64,000 nt of DNA from Betaproteobacteria bacterium (GTDB lineage Bacteria; Pseudomonadota; Gammaproteobacteria; Burkholderiales; SG8-39). A program made the position numbers and the translations under genes. The notes beneath the pieces were generated by a model. The model was not told the origin of the DNA and searched no databases. It was given only the letters and a program-made list of their open reading frames with translations. The stretch is from NCBI GenBank assembly GCA_016210745.1, contig JACQTO010000080.1:5117-69116 (forward strand). Reading direction: 5' to 3'. Shown here piece after piece: positions 38,503-46,980 of this stretch (the stretch's first letter is position 1; each line of letters begins with the position of its first letter).

Positions 38503-39528
38503 ATGAAGGCGATTTCGAAAGTGGCTTTTGTGGCCGCGTCATTGCTTGCAGCCGGTACCGTCCTTGGGCAGACCAAACCGACGACTCCGGCGATGAGCGT
38601 GCTGGTCGCAAACTCGACGGCCAACGACGCACAGGCAGCGATCACCGTCAGATTCGCTGAATTGCTGACCAAGTACTCCAACGGCCGAATCGCCGCCGGT
38701 GCCCGCACCGGTGGGTCCTTGGGCACCAATAGCCAGATGCTATCGACGCTGCAGGCCGGCGCCTTGGCCGGAATGATCATCCCGACCGGATTCATGGCTG
38801 CGGCCGTACCCGAGATCGGCATGTTCGATCTCCCGTTTCTGCTTCCGGGCGCCCCGGCCAAAATGACCGAATTCACGCTGCGCAGCAAGGCGGCGGCGAG
38901 GATGAAGGAATCGGCCGATCAAAAGGGCATCCTAGTCATTGGTTTCTACGGTGTCGGCTCGCAAAGCCTTCTGACAAGGTTTCCGGTGACCAAGCTGGCG
39001 GACATCCAGGGCAAGCTTTTCCGCGTCATTCCCTCGCCGCCGCGAGCGGGCGCCTACAAGGATTGGGGCGCCGTTCCCCGCACGATGGACTTGGCCGAGG
39101 TGTACTCGGCCTTGCAACAAGGCACGATCGTCGGCATCGAAAACCCGCCCGACGTCATCTACAAGATGAAGCTCTACGAGGTGGCCAAGTACTTCACCCG
39201 GACCGAGCATTCCGCCTTCCTAAACGCCATCGTGGTCAGCAAGAAGTGGCTCGATGCACTACCGAAGGACTTGAAAGAGGTGGTGAACAAAGCCGGCAAG
39301 GACAGCCTGGTCTATGCCGATGAACTCAATACCAAGGCGCAGGTCGACGCCCTGGAGGCGATGCGAAAGGACGCCAGCATCACCGTGGCCGACATGCCCG
39401 CAGCCGAGATAGAGAAAATGAAGGTTCTCAACCGCGAGGGCATCTGGAAATCAATGAAGAACGACCCGCAGAGGGGCGCGGTCGTGAAGCTCCTCGAGGA
39501 AGACATAGCCAACTATTTCAAGAACTAG
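38503..39528 (+). CDS. TRAP-type transporter substrate-binding protein (DctP family), no DctQM adjacent
   Basis: Signal peptide. The length and the 'FRVIPSP....YKDWGA.P..M...EVY.ALQQG..DG.EN' region are typical of DctP. Confidence 0.7.
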   Translation: MKAISKVAFVAASLLAAGTVLGQTKPTTPAMSVLVANSTANDAQAAITVRFAELLTKYSNGRIAAGARTGGSLGTNSQMLSTLQAGALAGMIIPTGFMAAAVPEIGMFDLPFLLPGAPAKMTEFTLRSKAAARMKESADQKGILVIGFYGVGSQSLLTRFPVTKLADIQGKLFRVIPSPPRAGAYKDWGAVPRTMDLAEVYSALQQGTIVGIENPPDVIYKMKLYEVAKYFTRTEHSAFLNAIVVSKKWLDALPKDLKEVVNKAGKDSLVYADELNTKAQVDALEAMRKDASITVADMPAAEIEKMKVLNREGIWKSMKNDPQRGAVVKLLEEDIANYFKN

Positions 39529-39587
39529 GGCCGTGACCGCCGAAGCCAGTTGGGCCGGGCCCGCCGGCCTGACGAGCGCAATCGAAC

Positions 39588-40646
39588 TTACCCGTTTGCT
39601 TCCACGGGCGTTATCGGCAAATGCAGGAGTTGTCCGTCGCGCAGCAGGTGCAAGACAAAAGCCTTGCCGATGCGCGAGCCATCGAGCAGGCGCTGCAGAA
39701 CGTCCACGCCGGTGATCGGGACGCCGTCGAAACCGATCACCAAGTCGCCTTTCCTCAAGCCGGCCGCTGCGGCCGGGCCGTGCGCCTCGACCTCCAGCAC
39801 CCGTACGCCACGAGGCTGATCCAAGCCATGATGGCGCGCGATGCGGCGCATGATCTCGGTGGTGCCGCCGGAGAGGCCCACATAGGCGCGGCGCACGCGG
39901 CCATGCTGGAACAACTGGGCTACAACCCATTTGGCGGTATTGATCGCCACTGCAAAGGAAATGCCTTGCGCATGCGGAATCATCGCAGTGTTGACGCCGA
40001 TGACCCGCGCTGCCGAATCGATGAGCGGCCCGCCGGAATTGCCGGGGTTGAGCGCGCAGTCGGTCTGGATCACGTCCTCGATCACTCGACCGGTGTAGCC
40101 AGCGAGGCTGCGGCCGAGCGCGCTGACCACGCCGGCTGTTACTGTGTGCTCGAAGCCAAGCGGGTTGCCCAGGGCGATGGCTATCTGTCCCGGGCGAATA
40201 GCCGCCGAATCGCCCAACTCGACTGCCGGCAGATTCTCGCCTTCGACGCGGATCACCGCCAAGTCGGTTGCGGGGTCTTCGCCAACCAATTGGGCGCTGC
40301 TCTCGCGCCCGTCGGAAAAGGCTGCGACCAGGCTCTTCGCGCCACGCACCACGTGGCTGTTGGTGAGCATGAAGCCATCGGGCGTGAAGGCGAAACCCGA
40401 ACCGGTGCCGCGGCCGCGCTCATTGGCGACCGCGATCAACGCAACCGACGGGCCGGCGCGCTCGACTGCCGCCGTTACGGTGCGCGAGTAGGCGTCCAGA
40501 AGAGCACCGTCGCCCCCGGGCGTCGGCAAACCCTCCGCGTGATGCTGAGATCGATCAAGGAGAAACTTCGGCGTGGCACCCATCGAAAACCTGTGTAACT
40601 GAAAGACAATCACCCGATATCTTGGGTCGACGGTTGCGCGATACAA
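39588..40646 (-). CDS. Trypsin-like serine protease with C-terminal PDZ domain (HtrA/S1C family)
   Basis: 'TNSHVV', 'DLAV' and 'GNSGGPL' form the catalytic triad context, and 'GLRKGDLVIGFDG' is PDZ-like. The start is uncertain (40646 or 40583). Confidence 0.85.
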   Translation of the reverse strand: MYRATVDPRYRVIVFQLHRFSMGATPKFLLDRSQHHAEGLPTPGGDGALLDAYSRTVTAAVERAGPSVALIAVANERGRGTGSGFAFTPDGFMLTNSHVVRGAKSLVAAFSDGRESSAQLVGEDPATDLAVIRVEGENLPAVELGDSAAIRPGQIAIALGNPLGFEHTVTAGVVSALGRSLAGYTGRVIEDVIQTDCALNPGNSGGPLIDSAARVIGVNTAMIPHAQGISFAVAINTAKWVVAQLFQHGRVRRAYVGLSGGTTEIMRRIARHHGLDQPRGVRVLEVEAHGPAAAAGLRKGDLVIGFDGVPITGVDVLQRLLDGSRIGKAFVLHLLRDGQLLHLPITPVEANG

Positions 40647-40649
40647 GTC

Positions 40650-41723
40650 TTATTCGGCGCCTCCTTCCACCGTGAAGCGCTGGGCCCGCCAGCGCAGCAT
40701 GCCCCCCGCGAGGTTCGCCACCTTGTGCATTCCGGAATTGCGCAGTATCACCGTCGCCTGTGCCGAGCGCGCGCCCGAGCGGCACACGGTGACGACCGGC
40801 TGTCCGGGTGCGATTTCATGCAGGCGATTTCGAAGCGTGCCCAACGGAATCAGCTTCGCCCCCGGGATATGGCCAAGCGGCCCGCAAAATTCCTCCGTTT
40901 CGCGCACGTCCACGATCTGCACCTCGCGCAGGTGCTCCTCGAGCCAGTTCGGCTGCACTTCCCAGATTCCCGCAAAGGTGTAGCAAAGTGGCGCCCAGTC
41001 CGGCGTGTCGGCAAGCCTTTCTTCATGATCCGGGCATCCGCAGCGCAAGTTTGCCGGCACCGCCACTTGCATCTGCTTTGGGTGTGCAAGCCCGAGATTG
41101 GTCATGTAGCCGACAAAATCGTCCTCCCCGATCCCCTCAGCCAAACGCGGGTTGTAGAGCTTTTCCTCCGCGACGCTCGAGGCGGTGAGTCCGCGGTAAT
41201 CGTGCCCTGGATAGAGGAGGCACTGGTCGGGCAGCGAAAAAATCCGCTCGCGAACGGATCGAAACAGGCGGCGCGCGTCACCTTGCTGGAAGTCGGTCCG
41301 ACCGCAACCGCGGATCAGGAGCGCGTCACCGGTGAAGGCCATCGAGTGGTCGTCCAGCACGTAAGTGAGACAGCCGTTCGTGTGCCCCGGGGTCCAGCGC
41401 GCATGGAGCGAGAGGTTCCCGAACCGGATCCGCTCCCCATCCCCAATATAGTCGTCGGCACCCTCGGCGCCGCTCTCGATCGGAACTCCGATGCGCGCGC
41501 CAAGCTGCCGTCTCAGCAGCCACGCGCCGGTCACATGATCGGCATGGACGTGGGTCTCCAGCGTCTGCGCGAGCTTGAGCCCGAGTTCTTCGATCAATGC
41601 CGCGTCGCGCCTGACCTGCTCGAATACCGGGTCGATGAGTACCGCCTGTCGGGCAGCCGAATCAGCAAGCAAGTAGGTGTAGGTTGAGGACTGGGCATCG
41701 AAAAGCTGCCTGAGAATCAGCAT
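40650..41723 (-). CDS. Persulfide dioxygenase (ETHE1-type MBL fold) fused to a rhodanese domain
   Basis: 'THVHADHV', 'TPGHTNGC' and 'GDALLIRGCGRTDFQ' belong to the PDO part. The C-terminal 'VVTVCRSGARS' is a rhodanese loop. Confidence 0.85.
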   Translation of the reverse strand: MLILRQLFDAQSSTYTYLLADSAARQAVLIDPVFEQVRRDAALIEELGLKLAQTLETHVHADHVTGAWLLRRQLGARIGVPIESGAEGADDYIGDGERIRFGNLSLHARWTPGHTNGCLTYVLDDHSMAFTGDALLIRGCGRTDFQQGDARRLFRSVRERIFSLPDQCLLYPGHDYRGLTASSVAEEKLYNPRLAEGIGEDDFVGYMTNLGLAHPKQMQVAVPANLRCGCPDHEERLADTPDWAPLCYTFAGIWEVQPNWLEEHLREVQIVDVRETEEFCGPLGHIPGAKLIPLGTLRNRLHEIAPGQPVVTVCRSGARSAQATVILRNSGMHKVANLAGGMLRWRAQRFTVEGGAE

Positions 41724-41900
41724 GACCGCCTCCGGAAGGTCGTCCTTGCGGCGGGGACCACGCGTCCCTTATACCGATCGTTCGGCGCCTGACGCCCAAG
41801 GTTGTTGTCCCGGACGATATCGCCGATTGGACTGCGGCGCAAACCCGAAGTTCGAACAATTACCCGCGGTACGCTTGAAGTACCGAACCTTTTCCCGGAT

Positions 41901-42140
41901 TCATTCCGGTTCGAAGCGAGCCTTCAATACGACTCTCGCGGCTGCGCGTTGCTGCTCCCGTGCTGCCTTCCTCAGGGCACGGATGCGCTTGAAGCATTCC
42001 GCACAGACGATTCGGACGGGCCTGCCGAGGCGATCACGAGATAAGGGACGCATCGTCGATGTGTCGACCAGGCGCTGGCACTCTCGGCACATGCTGACCT
42101 TGGAGGGAGGCTTGCCCATGTCGTCACCGCAATGCATCAA
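41901..42140 (-). CDS. Hypothetical small zinc-ribbon-like protein
   Basis: 'CRECQ' and 'CAECF' are CxxC pairs. The C-terminus is basic. Confidence 0.4.
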   Translation of the reverse strand: MMHCGDDMGKPPSKVSMCRECQRLVDTSTMRPLSRDRLGRPVRIVCAECFKRIRALRKAAREQQRAAARVVLKARFEPE

Positions 42141-42352
42141 CTAGCGGTCTGCTTCGCAAGTCCTGGAACTTGAAAACGCGCCTTCCGGCCCGTGGCGGTG
42201 TTGCGCATCGTCGCAATAGCTGGGGCTATTGCTGGAATCCATCCCTTTCATTATGTGCCTTGATTTACGAAGCAGGCCACCAGCCATGTCTGAAATGCGT
42301 GAGGTAATTCCCAGAAATCATCGCATCGTTTCGGTTCCCCTCGAACTCAAAG

Positions 42353-42379
42353 AAAGCCCCGCATCGCTGCGGGGCTTTT
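42353..42379. terminator. Bidirectional intrinsic-terminator-like hairpin AAAGCCCCGC-atcgct-GCGGGGCTTTT with no annotated gene ending at it
   Basis: Read directly. A/T runs on both sides. Confidence 0.5.
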
Positions 42380-42571
42380 AAGTGGCGGGAGCAGGGGGTG
42401 GAAAATTTCCGCCAGAGGGTAACGTGATGCTCTCACGTCGAGCTCATGGGTGAAATACCGCAAACTATGTAATGGGCGGTGGGTTTCTACCTCCCGACGC
42501 CCTGGAGTCGGCCGCAATCGGCATCACGTGTCGCATTGTCCGCCCGCTTGGCCTGCAATAAGATGCGTTGC

Positions 42572-42772
42572 ATGCAACGGATTCTGATCGCGATCGGGGT
42601 GGTTCTTCTGCTGGCGGGGCTACTCTGGCCATGGCTTTCCAGACTCGGCCTTGGTCGCCTGCCCGGGGACATTCGCATCGAAACCGAGAACGGGGTGTTC
42701 TACTTTCCGATCACGACCTGCGTGATAATCTCCCTCGTGCTGTCCCTGGTTCTTTGGCTGATTCGACGTTAG
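42572..42772 (+). CDS. DUF2905 family small membrane protein
   Basis: 'LGRLPGDIRIE.....FYFPITTC' between two transmembrane segments. Confidence 0.7.
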   Translation: MQRILIAIGVVLLLAGLLWPWLSRLGLGRLPGDIRIETENGVFYFPITTCVIISLVLSLVLWLIRR

Positions 42773-42828
42773 AGCTTTTCCAGTAACGTACCTGCCGCGC
42801 GTGCGGCAGATTCCATGGAGGACACGCG

Positions 42829-43377
42829 ATGATCGGCAAGACCGCAGCAAGCCTCATCCTCGGCGCCATGCTCGGGCTCCTGCAGCCATCCCTTGCGGAT
42901 GCCGCCTCGAAGGAAGAAATCGACGCCAAGGTGGAGGAAGCGATCGATATTTTTTACAAACAGACGAGCGCCGGCAAGCGGCTTGCGCAGAAGGCAGCCG
43001 GCATGCTGGTGTTTCCCGAGGTGGTGAAAGCAGGCATCGGCATAGGGGGCGAGTATGGCGAAGGGGCGCTGAACGTCAATGGAAAGAACGTCGGCTATTA
43101 CAGCACCGCATCGGCCTCGATCGGTTTCCAGCTCGGCGCCCAGATCAAGTCGCAGATCGTATTGTTCATGAATCCGAAGGTGCTCGACCAGTTTCGCAAG
43201 AGCGATGGATGGAAAGTCGGAGTGGATGGAAGCGTGGCGCTGGCGACGCTGGGCGCCGGCGGCGAGATCAGCTCCGATACGATCAAGGAACCGATCATCG
43301 GTTTCATTTTTTCCAACAGAGGCCTGATGTACAACCTCACCTTCGAGGGGTCGAAGGTCACGCGACTGGAGCGTTGA
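42829..43377 (+). CDS. SYLF (DUF500/Ysc84-like) lipid-binding domain protein, secreted
   Basis: Signal peptide, and 'GIGIGGEYGEGAL......GYYS.ASASIGFQLGAQ'. Confidence 0.8.
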   Translation: MIGKTAASLILGAMLGLLQPSLADAASKEEIDAKVEEAIDIFYKQTSAGKRLAQKAAGMLVFPEVVKAGIGIGGEYGEGALNVNGKNVGYYSTASASIGFQLGAQIKSQIVLFMNPKVLDQFRKSDGWKVGVDGSVALATLGAGGEISSDTIKEPIIGFIFSNRGLMYNLTFEGSKVTRLER

Positions 43378-43557
43378 ACCCTCGCGGCATCAGAGCGCGG
43401 CAGGCGTGGGATTGCCGCGATTACTGTCGGTAGCCCGGGGCGGGTGGGAACCCAACCCCTAGTTGAGCAGTTTCCTGTATTTCACAGGGAATTTCGGCGT
43501 GAGAGCATTTGACCAACCTTAGGCGGATAGTTTCCACCCTTGTTAGCGCCACCTAAT

Positions 43558-43585
43558 AGCCCCGCGGCAATGCGGGGCTTTCTTT
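43558..43585 (+). terminator. Intrinsic terminator AGCCCCGC-ggcaat-GCGGGGCT + TTCTTT
   Basis: Read directly. Lies about 180 nt downstream of the SYLF stop. Confidence 0.55.
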
Positions 43586-43691
43586 GAAATGAAATGAAGC
43601 GATGGTATCGTGTTGGAGATCATCGAACCGGACCCGATCGGTACCGTATCGATCGGGCCAAAGTACGAAAGCACTGCCCGAGGTGTCAAGC

Positions 43692-44081
43692 ATGGTTGCA
43701 TCTAGCACGTTGAAGCTCCAGGTGCCCGCGGTAGACCAGCAGCACTGGCTCTTGTCGGACTGCATCTCCTCGATTGAGAAAGCGGTGAGCAACGAGGGGA
43801 GGTCGTCCGCAGTGAATTCCGCCCTGAATCGACTGGCGGACTTTTTCCGCATGCATTGCGAAGACGAAGAACGTTTGATGCGGATACACAACTACCCCGA
43901 ACTTAAAGAACATGCCGAAGAACATCGGGAACTCCTGTCCTACGTGGCAAAGCTGAAGAGCACGGCCTTCAGCAGCGAGGATTCCCTGTCAATGATGGTC
44001 TTCATTCAAAACTGGCTCCACGAGCACACCCGAACAAGCGATAGGCGTTTTGCCGCGTACCTTTCTGAAGTGGGTGGCTAG
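43692..44081 (+). CDS. Hemerythrin-like metal-binding domain protein
   Basis: 'VDQQHWLL', 'H...EE..M....YP....H..EH' and 'WL..H....D' are His/Glu ligand patterns. Confidence 0.7.
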   Translation: MVASSTLKLQVPAVDQQHWLLSDCISSIEKAVSNEGRSSAVNSALNRLADFFRMHCEDEERLMRIHNYPELKEHAEEHRELLSYVAKLKSTAFSSEDSLSMMVFIQNWLHEHTRTSDRRFAAYLSEVGG

Positions 44082-44100
44082 ACTCATAACCGGCAATCAA

Positions 44101-44259
44101 TTAGTCACTTACGAGTTGACGATTTCGGTGAAGAATCTGGCGTTGTACGGGTCTCGTGCTTTCGCACCGCTGCAAAGTTGCAGCGGTGCGAAAGCATGAA
44201 TTTGATAACGGCAAGACAACTTCTTTGGTTCCGGCTATGCCGGAACGGGGTCGACTTAA
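44101..44259 (-). repeat. Dispersed ~155-nt element, copy A4 (18-bp perfect stem within 44154-44199), most diverged copy
   Basis: The reverse complement aligns with A1: ...AGCCGGAACCAAAGAAGTTGTCTTGCCGTTATCAA...hairpin...CGAAATCGTCAACTCGTAAGTGACTAA. Confidence 0.6.
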
Positions 44260-44292
44260 TCTGACCGCTAATCGCCTGGTAAGATTGAGTCG

Positions 44293-45681
44293 ATGAGCAA
44301 TCAAGACGCGAGCGCTCGCCCCTTGCGGCGCTTCCGAATCGACATCGCCCGGATTTCCTGGCGCGATCTCGCGGTGACGCTCGGGCCGTTCCTCCTGGTC
44401 AGCGTGCTGGCGTTCTGGATCGCCTATCGTTTCGTGCGTCCGGCGCCGCCCGATACGATCACCATGACGAGCGGGCCCGAGGGCAGCACCTTTCGAAACT
44501 CGGCAGAGCGTTACCGCAGGATCCTCGCTCGAAACGGGGTCAAGCTCGAGATCCTGCCATCCGAAGGCTCGCTGGAGAACCTCAGGCGTCTAAGCGACCC
44601 GGACGCCAAGGTCGACGTCGGGTTCGTTCAGGCGGGGCTCGCGAACCTCGCCGAAGCAGATGAGCTTATGTCGCTTGGCAGCGTCTCCTATCAACCGCTC
44701 TCGATCTTCTACCGCTCGCCCAAACCGCTCGGCCGGCTCTCGGAGCTGCGCGGAAAGCGCATTGCCATTGGTCCGGAGGGCAGCGGAACGCGGGTACTTG
44801 CGCAGACGCTGCTGAAGGCGAACGGGATTGAAGCGCCCGGGCCGACGAAATTGCTCGATTTGGGCGGGAAAGCCGCGGTGCAGGCCATCCTCAGGAATCA
44901 AGCGGACGCGGTGTTCCTGATGGGCGATTCGGCAGCACCGGCGAGCACGCGCGAGCTGCTGCGTACGCGCGGCATTCGACTTTTCGACTTCACACAGGGC
45001 GATGCGTACGTACGACGCTTCCGTTATCTCGCCAAAATTGAATTGCCGCCAGGTTCGCTCGATCTGGGCCGCAACACACCTGCGAGACCGCTCACGATGG
45101 TCGCGCCGAATGTGGAACTGCTGGCGCGGTCCGACCTGCACCCGGCGCTCTCCGACATGCTGATCGAGGCAGCGCGCGAAGTGCACGGCCGGGCAACCCT
45201 GTTGCAGAAGGCCCGTGAATTTCCCGCCCCGCTGGAACATGAGTACCGGATCAGCGACGATGCGGCACGCTACTACAGATCGGGCAAGGGTTTCACCTAC
45301 AACTACTTGCCGTTCTGGCTTGCTAGCCTGGTGGACCGCATCCTGGTCATGCTCGTGCCGATTGTCGTGCTGCTGATTCCGGGGGTGCGGCTGTTGCCTT
45401 TCTTGTATCGCTGGCGCATCAGTTCCCGGATTTATCGGCGCTACGGCGTGCTGATGGCGCTCGAAAGGGCCGCCCTGGCGCAGCCGACGGCGGAGGAGCG
45501 TGAGCAATTGCTCAAGCGTCTCGACGAAATCGAAAAGTCGGTCATTGCCAGCAAGTTGCCCGGGTCGTTCGCCGATCAGGTCTACGTGCTTCGCCACCAC
45601 ATCAATTTCGTGCGAGCGCAGATCTCCGGAAGCGGCGCCGCATCGGCGCTCCCGCCGCTGCATCGGCAATCGCATGCTTGA
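44293..45681 (+). CDS. Membrane-anchored TAXI-family (TRAP-associated) solute-binding-like protein
   Basis: N-terminal transmembrane segment, 'SGPEGSTF....ERY...L...GV.LE...SEGS.ENL..L' which is TAXI-like, and C-terminal transmembrane spans. Confidence 0.5.
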   Translation: MSNQDASARPLRRFRIDIARISWRDLAVTLGPFLLVSVLAFWIAYRFVRPAPPDTITMTSGPEGSTFRNSAERYRRILARNGVKLEILPSEGSLENLRRLSDPDAKVDVGFVQAGLANLAEADELMSLGSVSYQPLSIFYRSPKPLGRLSELRGKRIAIGPEGSGTRVLAQTLLKANGIEAPGPTKLLDLGGKAAVQAILRNQADAVFLMGDSAAPASTRELLRTRGIRLFDFTQGDAYVRRFRYLAKIELPPGSLDLGRNTPARPLTMVAPNVELLARSDLHPALSDMLIEAAREVHGRATLLQKAREFPAPLEHEYRISDDAARYYRSGKGFTYNYLPFWLASLVDRILVMLVPIVVLLIPGVRLLPFLYRWRISSRIYRRYGVLMALERAALAQPTAEEREQLLKRLDEIEKSVIASKLPGSFADQVYVLRHHINFVRAQISGSGAASALPPLHRQSHA

Positions 45682-46729
45682 GCGATTTTTTCGCAACGCT
45701 GCGCCGGATCTCGGGGCCATGCTGGACGATGCACGCTGCGCCTTGGATGCCGGGCGCTTCGACCAGGCAATCGGCACGCTCGACCGGCTGCTTGCTGCCT
45801 CGCCCGACCATGCTGAAGGCCGTTTCCTGCGCGGCACCGCTTGCATCGATTCCGCGCACCCGGAGAAGGCCCTTGCCGATCTCGAGCGCGCCTGCGCCCT
45901 TGTCCCGCGGGACCCTCGCTATCGATACAACCTTGCGGTGGCGCATTGGGCGCTGGGCCAAATGGGCGAAGCGCTCGCCTGCGGCCGTGCCGCGCTGCAG
46001 TGCTCCCCCGATTTCGAGCCGGCAAGACGGCTGGTGGGAGCCGCACCCGTTCACGGCGAACGCTACGCGTCTTTGCTGAAGCGCATTCACGAACACTGCA
46101 GGCCGCGTACGTACTTCGAGATCGGCGTTTTCGAGGGCGAATCGCTGCGCTTGGCCGCGCCCGAAACGCGCGCCATCGGAGTCGACCCCGATCCCAAGCC
46201 GGGCGCCCTGCCCGGGCCCAATCAATCCTTGCTGCGCGAAACCAGCGACGCGTATTTCGCCTCCCACGATCTGCGCGCCGAACTGGGCGGGCTGCCGGTG
46301 GATTTCGCTTTCATCGACGGCATGCATCGGTTTGAATTCGTGCTGCGGGATTTCATCAATGTGGAGCGGCACTGCGCTCCCGAGTCGATTATCTGCCTGC
46401 ACGACACCTATCCGATCTCACGTGAACTGGCCGACCGGGAGCGCCGGGAATACACCTGGACGGGCGACGTATGGCGAGCCCTGCTTGCACTGAAGCAATA
46501 TCGTCCCGATCTGGCGATCGATACCGTGGCGGCGCCGCCATCCGGCCTGAGCATCGTTCGCAATCTTGATCCGCGATCCCACGTACTTTCCGACCGGCTC
46601 GAATCGATTTGCGCGCAATACCTGGATCTCGACTATTCAGCGGTGGAAGAGAGAAAAGGCGTGCTGCTCAATCTGTTTCCGAACGATTGGGAGCAGGTAA
46701 GGACGCTGCTGCCGAAACCGTTTCGGTAG
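45674..46729 (+). CDS. TPR repeats fused to a class I SAM-dependent methyltransferase-like domain (Methyltransf_24/CmcI-like)
   Basis: TPR-like 'A...L...L...P.H.EG.FLRG'. The C-terminal 'YFEIGVFEGESL....IGVDPDP' and 'AFIDGMHRFE' are also present. The start ATG at 45674 overlaps the upstream stop by 8 nt. Confidence 0.5.
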   Translation: MLERFFRNAAPDLGAMLDDARCALDAGRFDQAIGTLDRLLAASPDHAEGRFLRGTACIDSAHPEKALADLERACALVPRDPRYRYNLAVAHWALGQMGEALACGRAALQCSPDFEPARRLVGAAPVHGERYASLLKRIHEHCRPRTYFEIGVFEGESLRLAAPETRAIGVDPDPKPGALPGPNQSLLRETSDAYFASHDLRAELGGLPVDFAFIDGMHRFEFVLRDFINVERHCAPESIICLHDTYPISRELADRERREYTWTGDVWRALLALKQYRPDLAIDTVAAPPSGLSIVRNLDPRSHVLSDRLESICAQYLDLDYSAVEERKGVLLNLFPNDWEQVRTLLPKPFR

Positions 46730-46805
46730 CAGCAGGCGAAGGCGCGTGAGGACAGCGTGTTCGTATGCCACGCAGCCGGCGGAGCCTTCAGCCCTGAACG
46801 GACGT

Positions 46806-46960
46806 TTAGTCGCTTACAAGTTTACTGATGACGAATCTGCCGACGATTTGGTTTCTAAATTCGTCTCCCCCTTTTGTGCGGTTGCATGCAACCGCACAAA
46901 AGGGGGAGATTGATAAACGGCAAAACTAGCTTCCTTGGTTCCGGCTCGTCTGACTTAGGG
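46806..46960 (-). repeat. Dispersed ~155-nt element, copy A2 (perfect 46-nt palindrome at 46864-46909)
   Basis: TCTCCCCCTTTTGTGCGGTTGCATGCAACCGCACAAAAGGGGGAGA. The flanks are collinear with A1 and A3 in reverse complement. Confidence 0.75.
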
Positions 46961-46980
46961 CCTTCGCGTACAGGACCGGC

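Noticed and set aside
41730-44290. Lower-GC patches (26770-27620 and 41730-44290) as integrated mobile or genomic islands.
   Set aside because: No integrase, transposase, tRNA target or direct-repeat boundaries are present. The contents are small conserved-family genes (DUF2905, SYLF, hemerythrin, TfoX_N).
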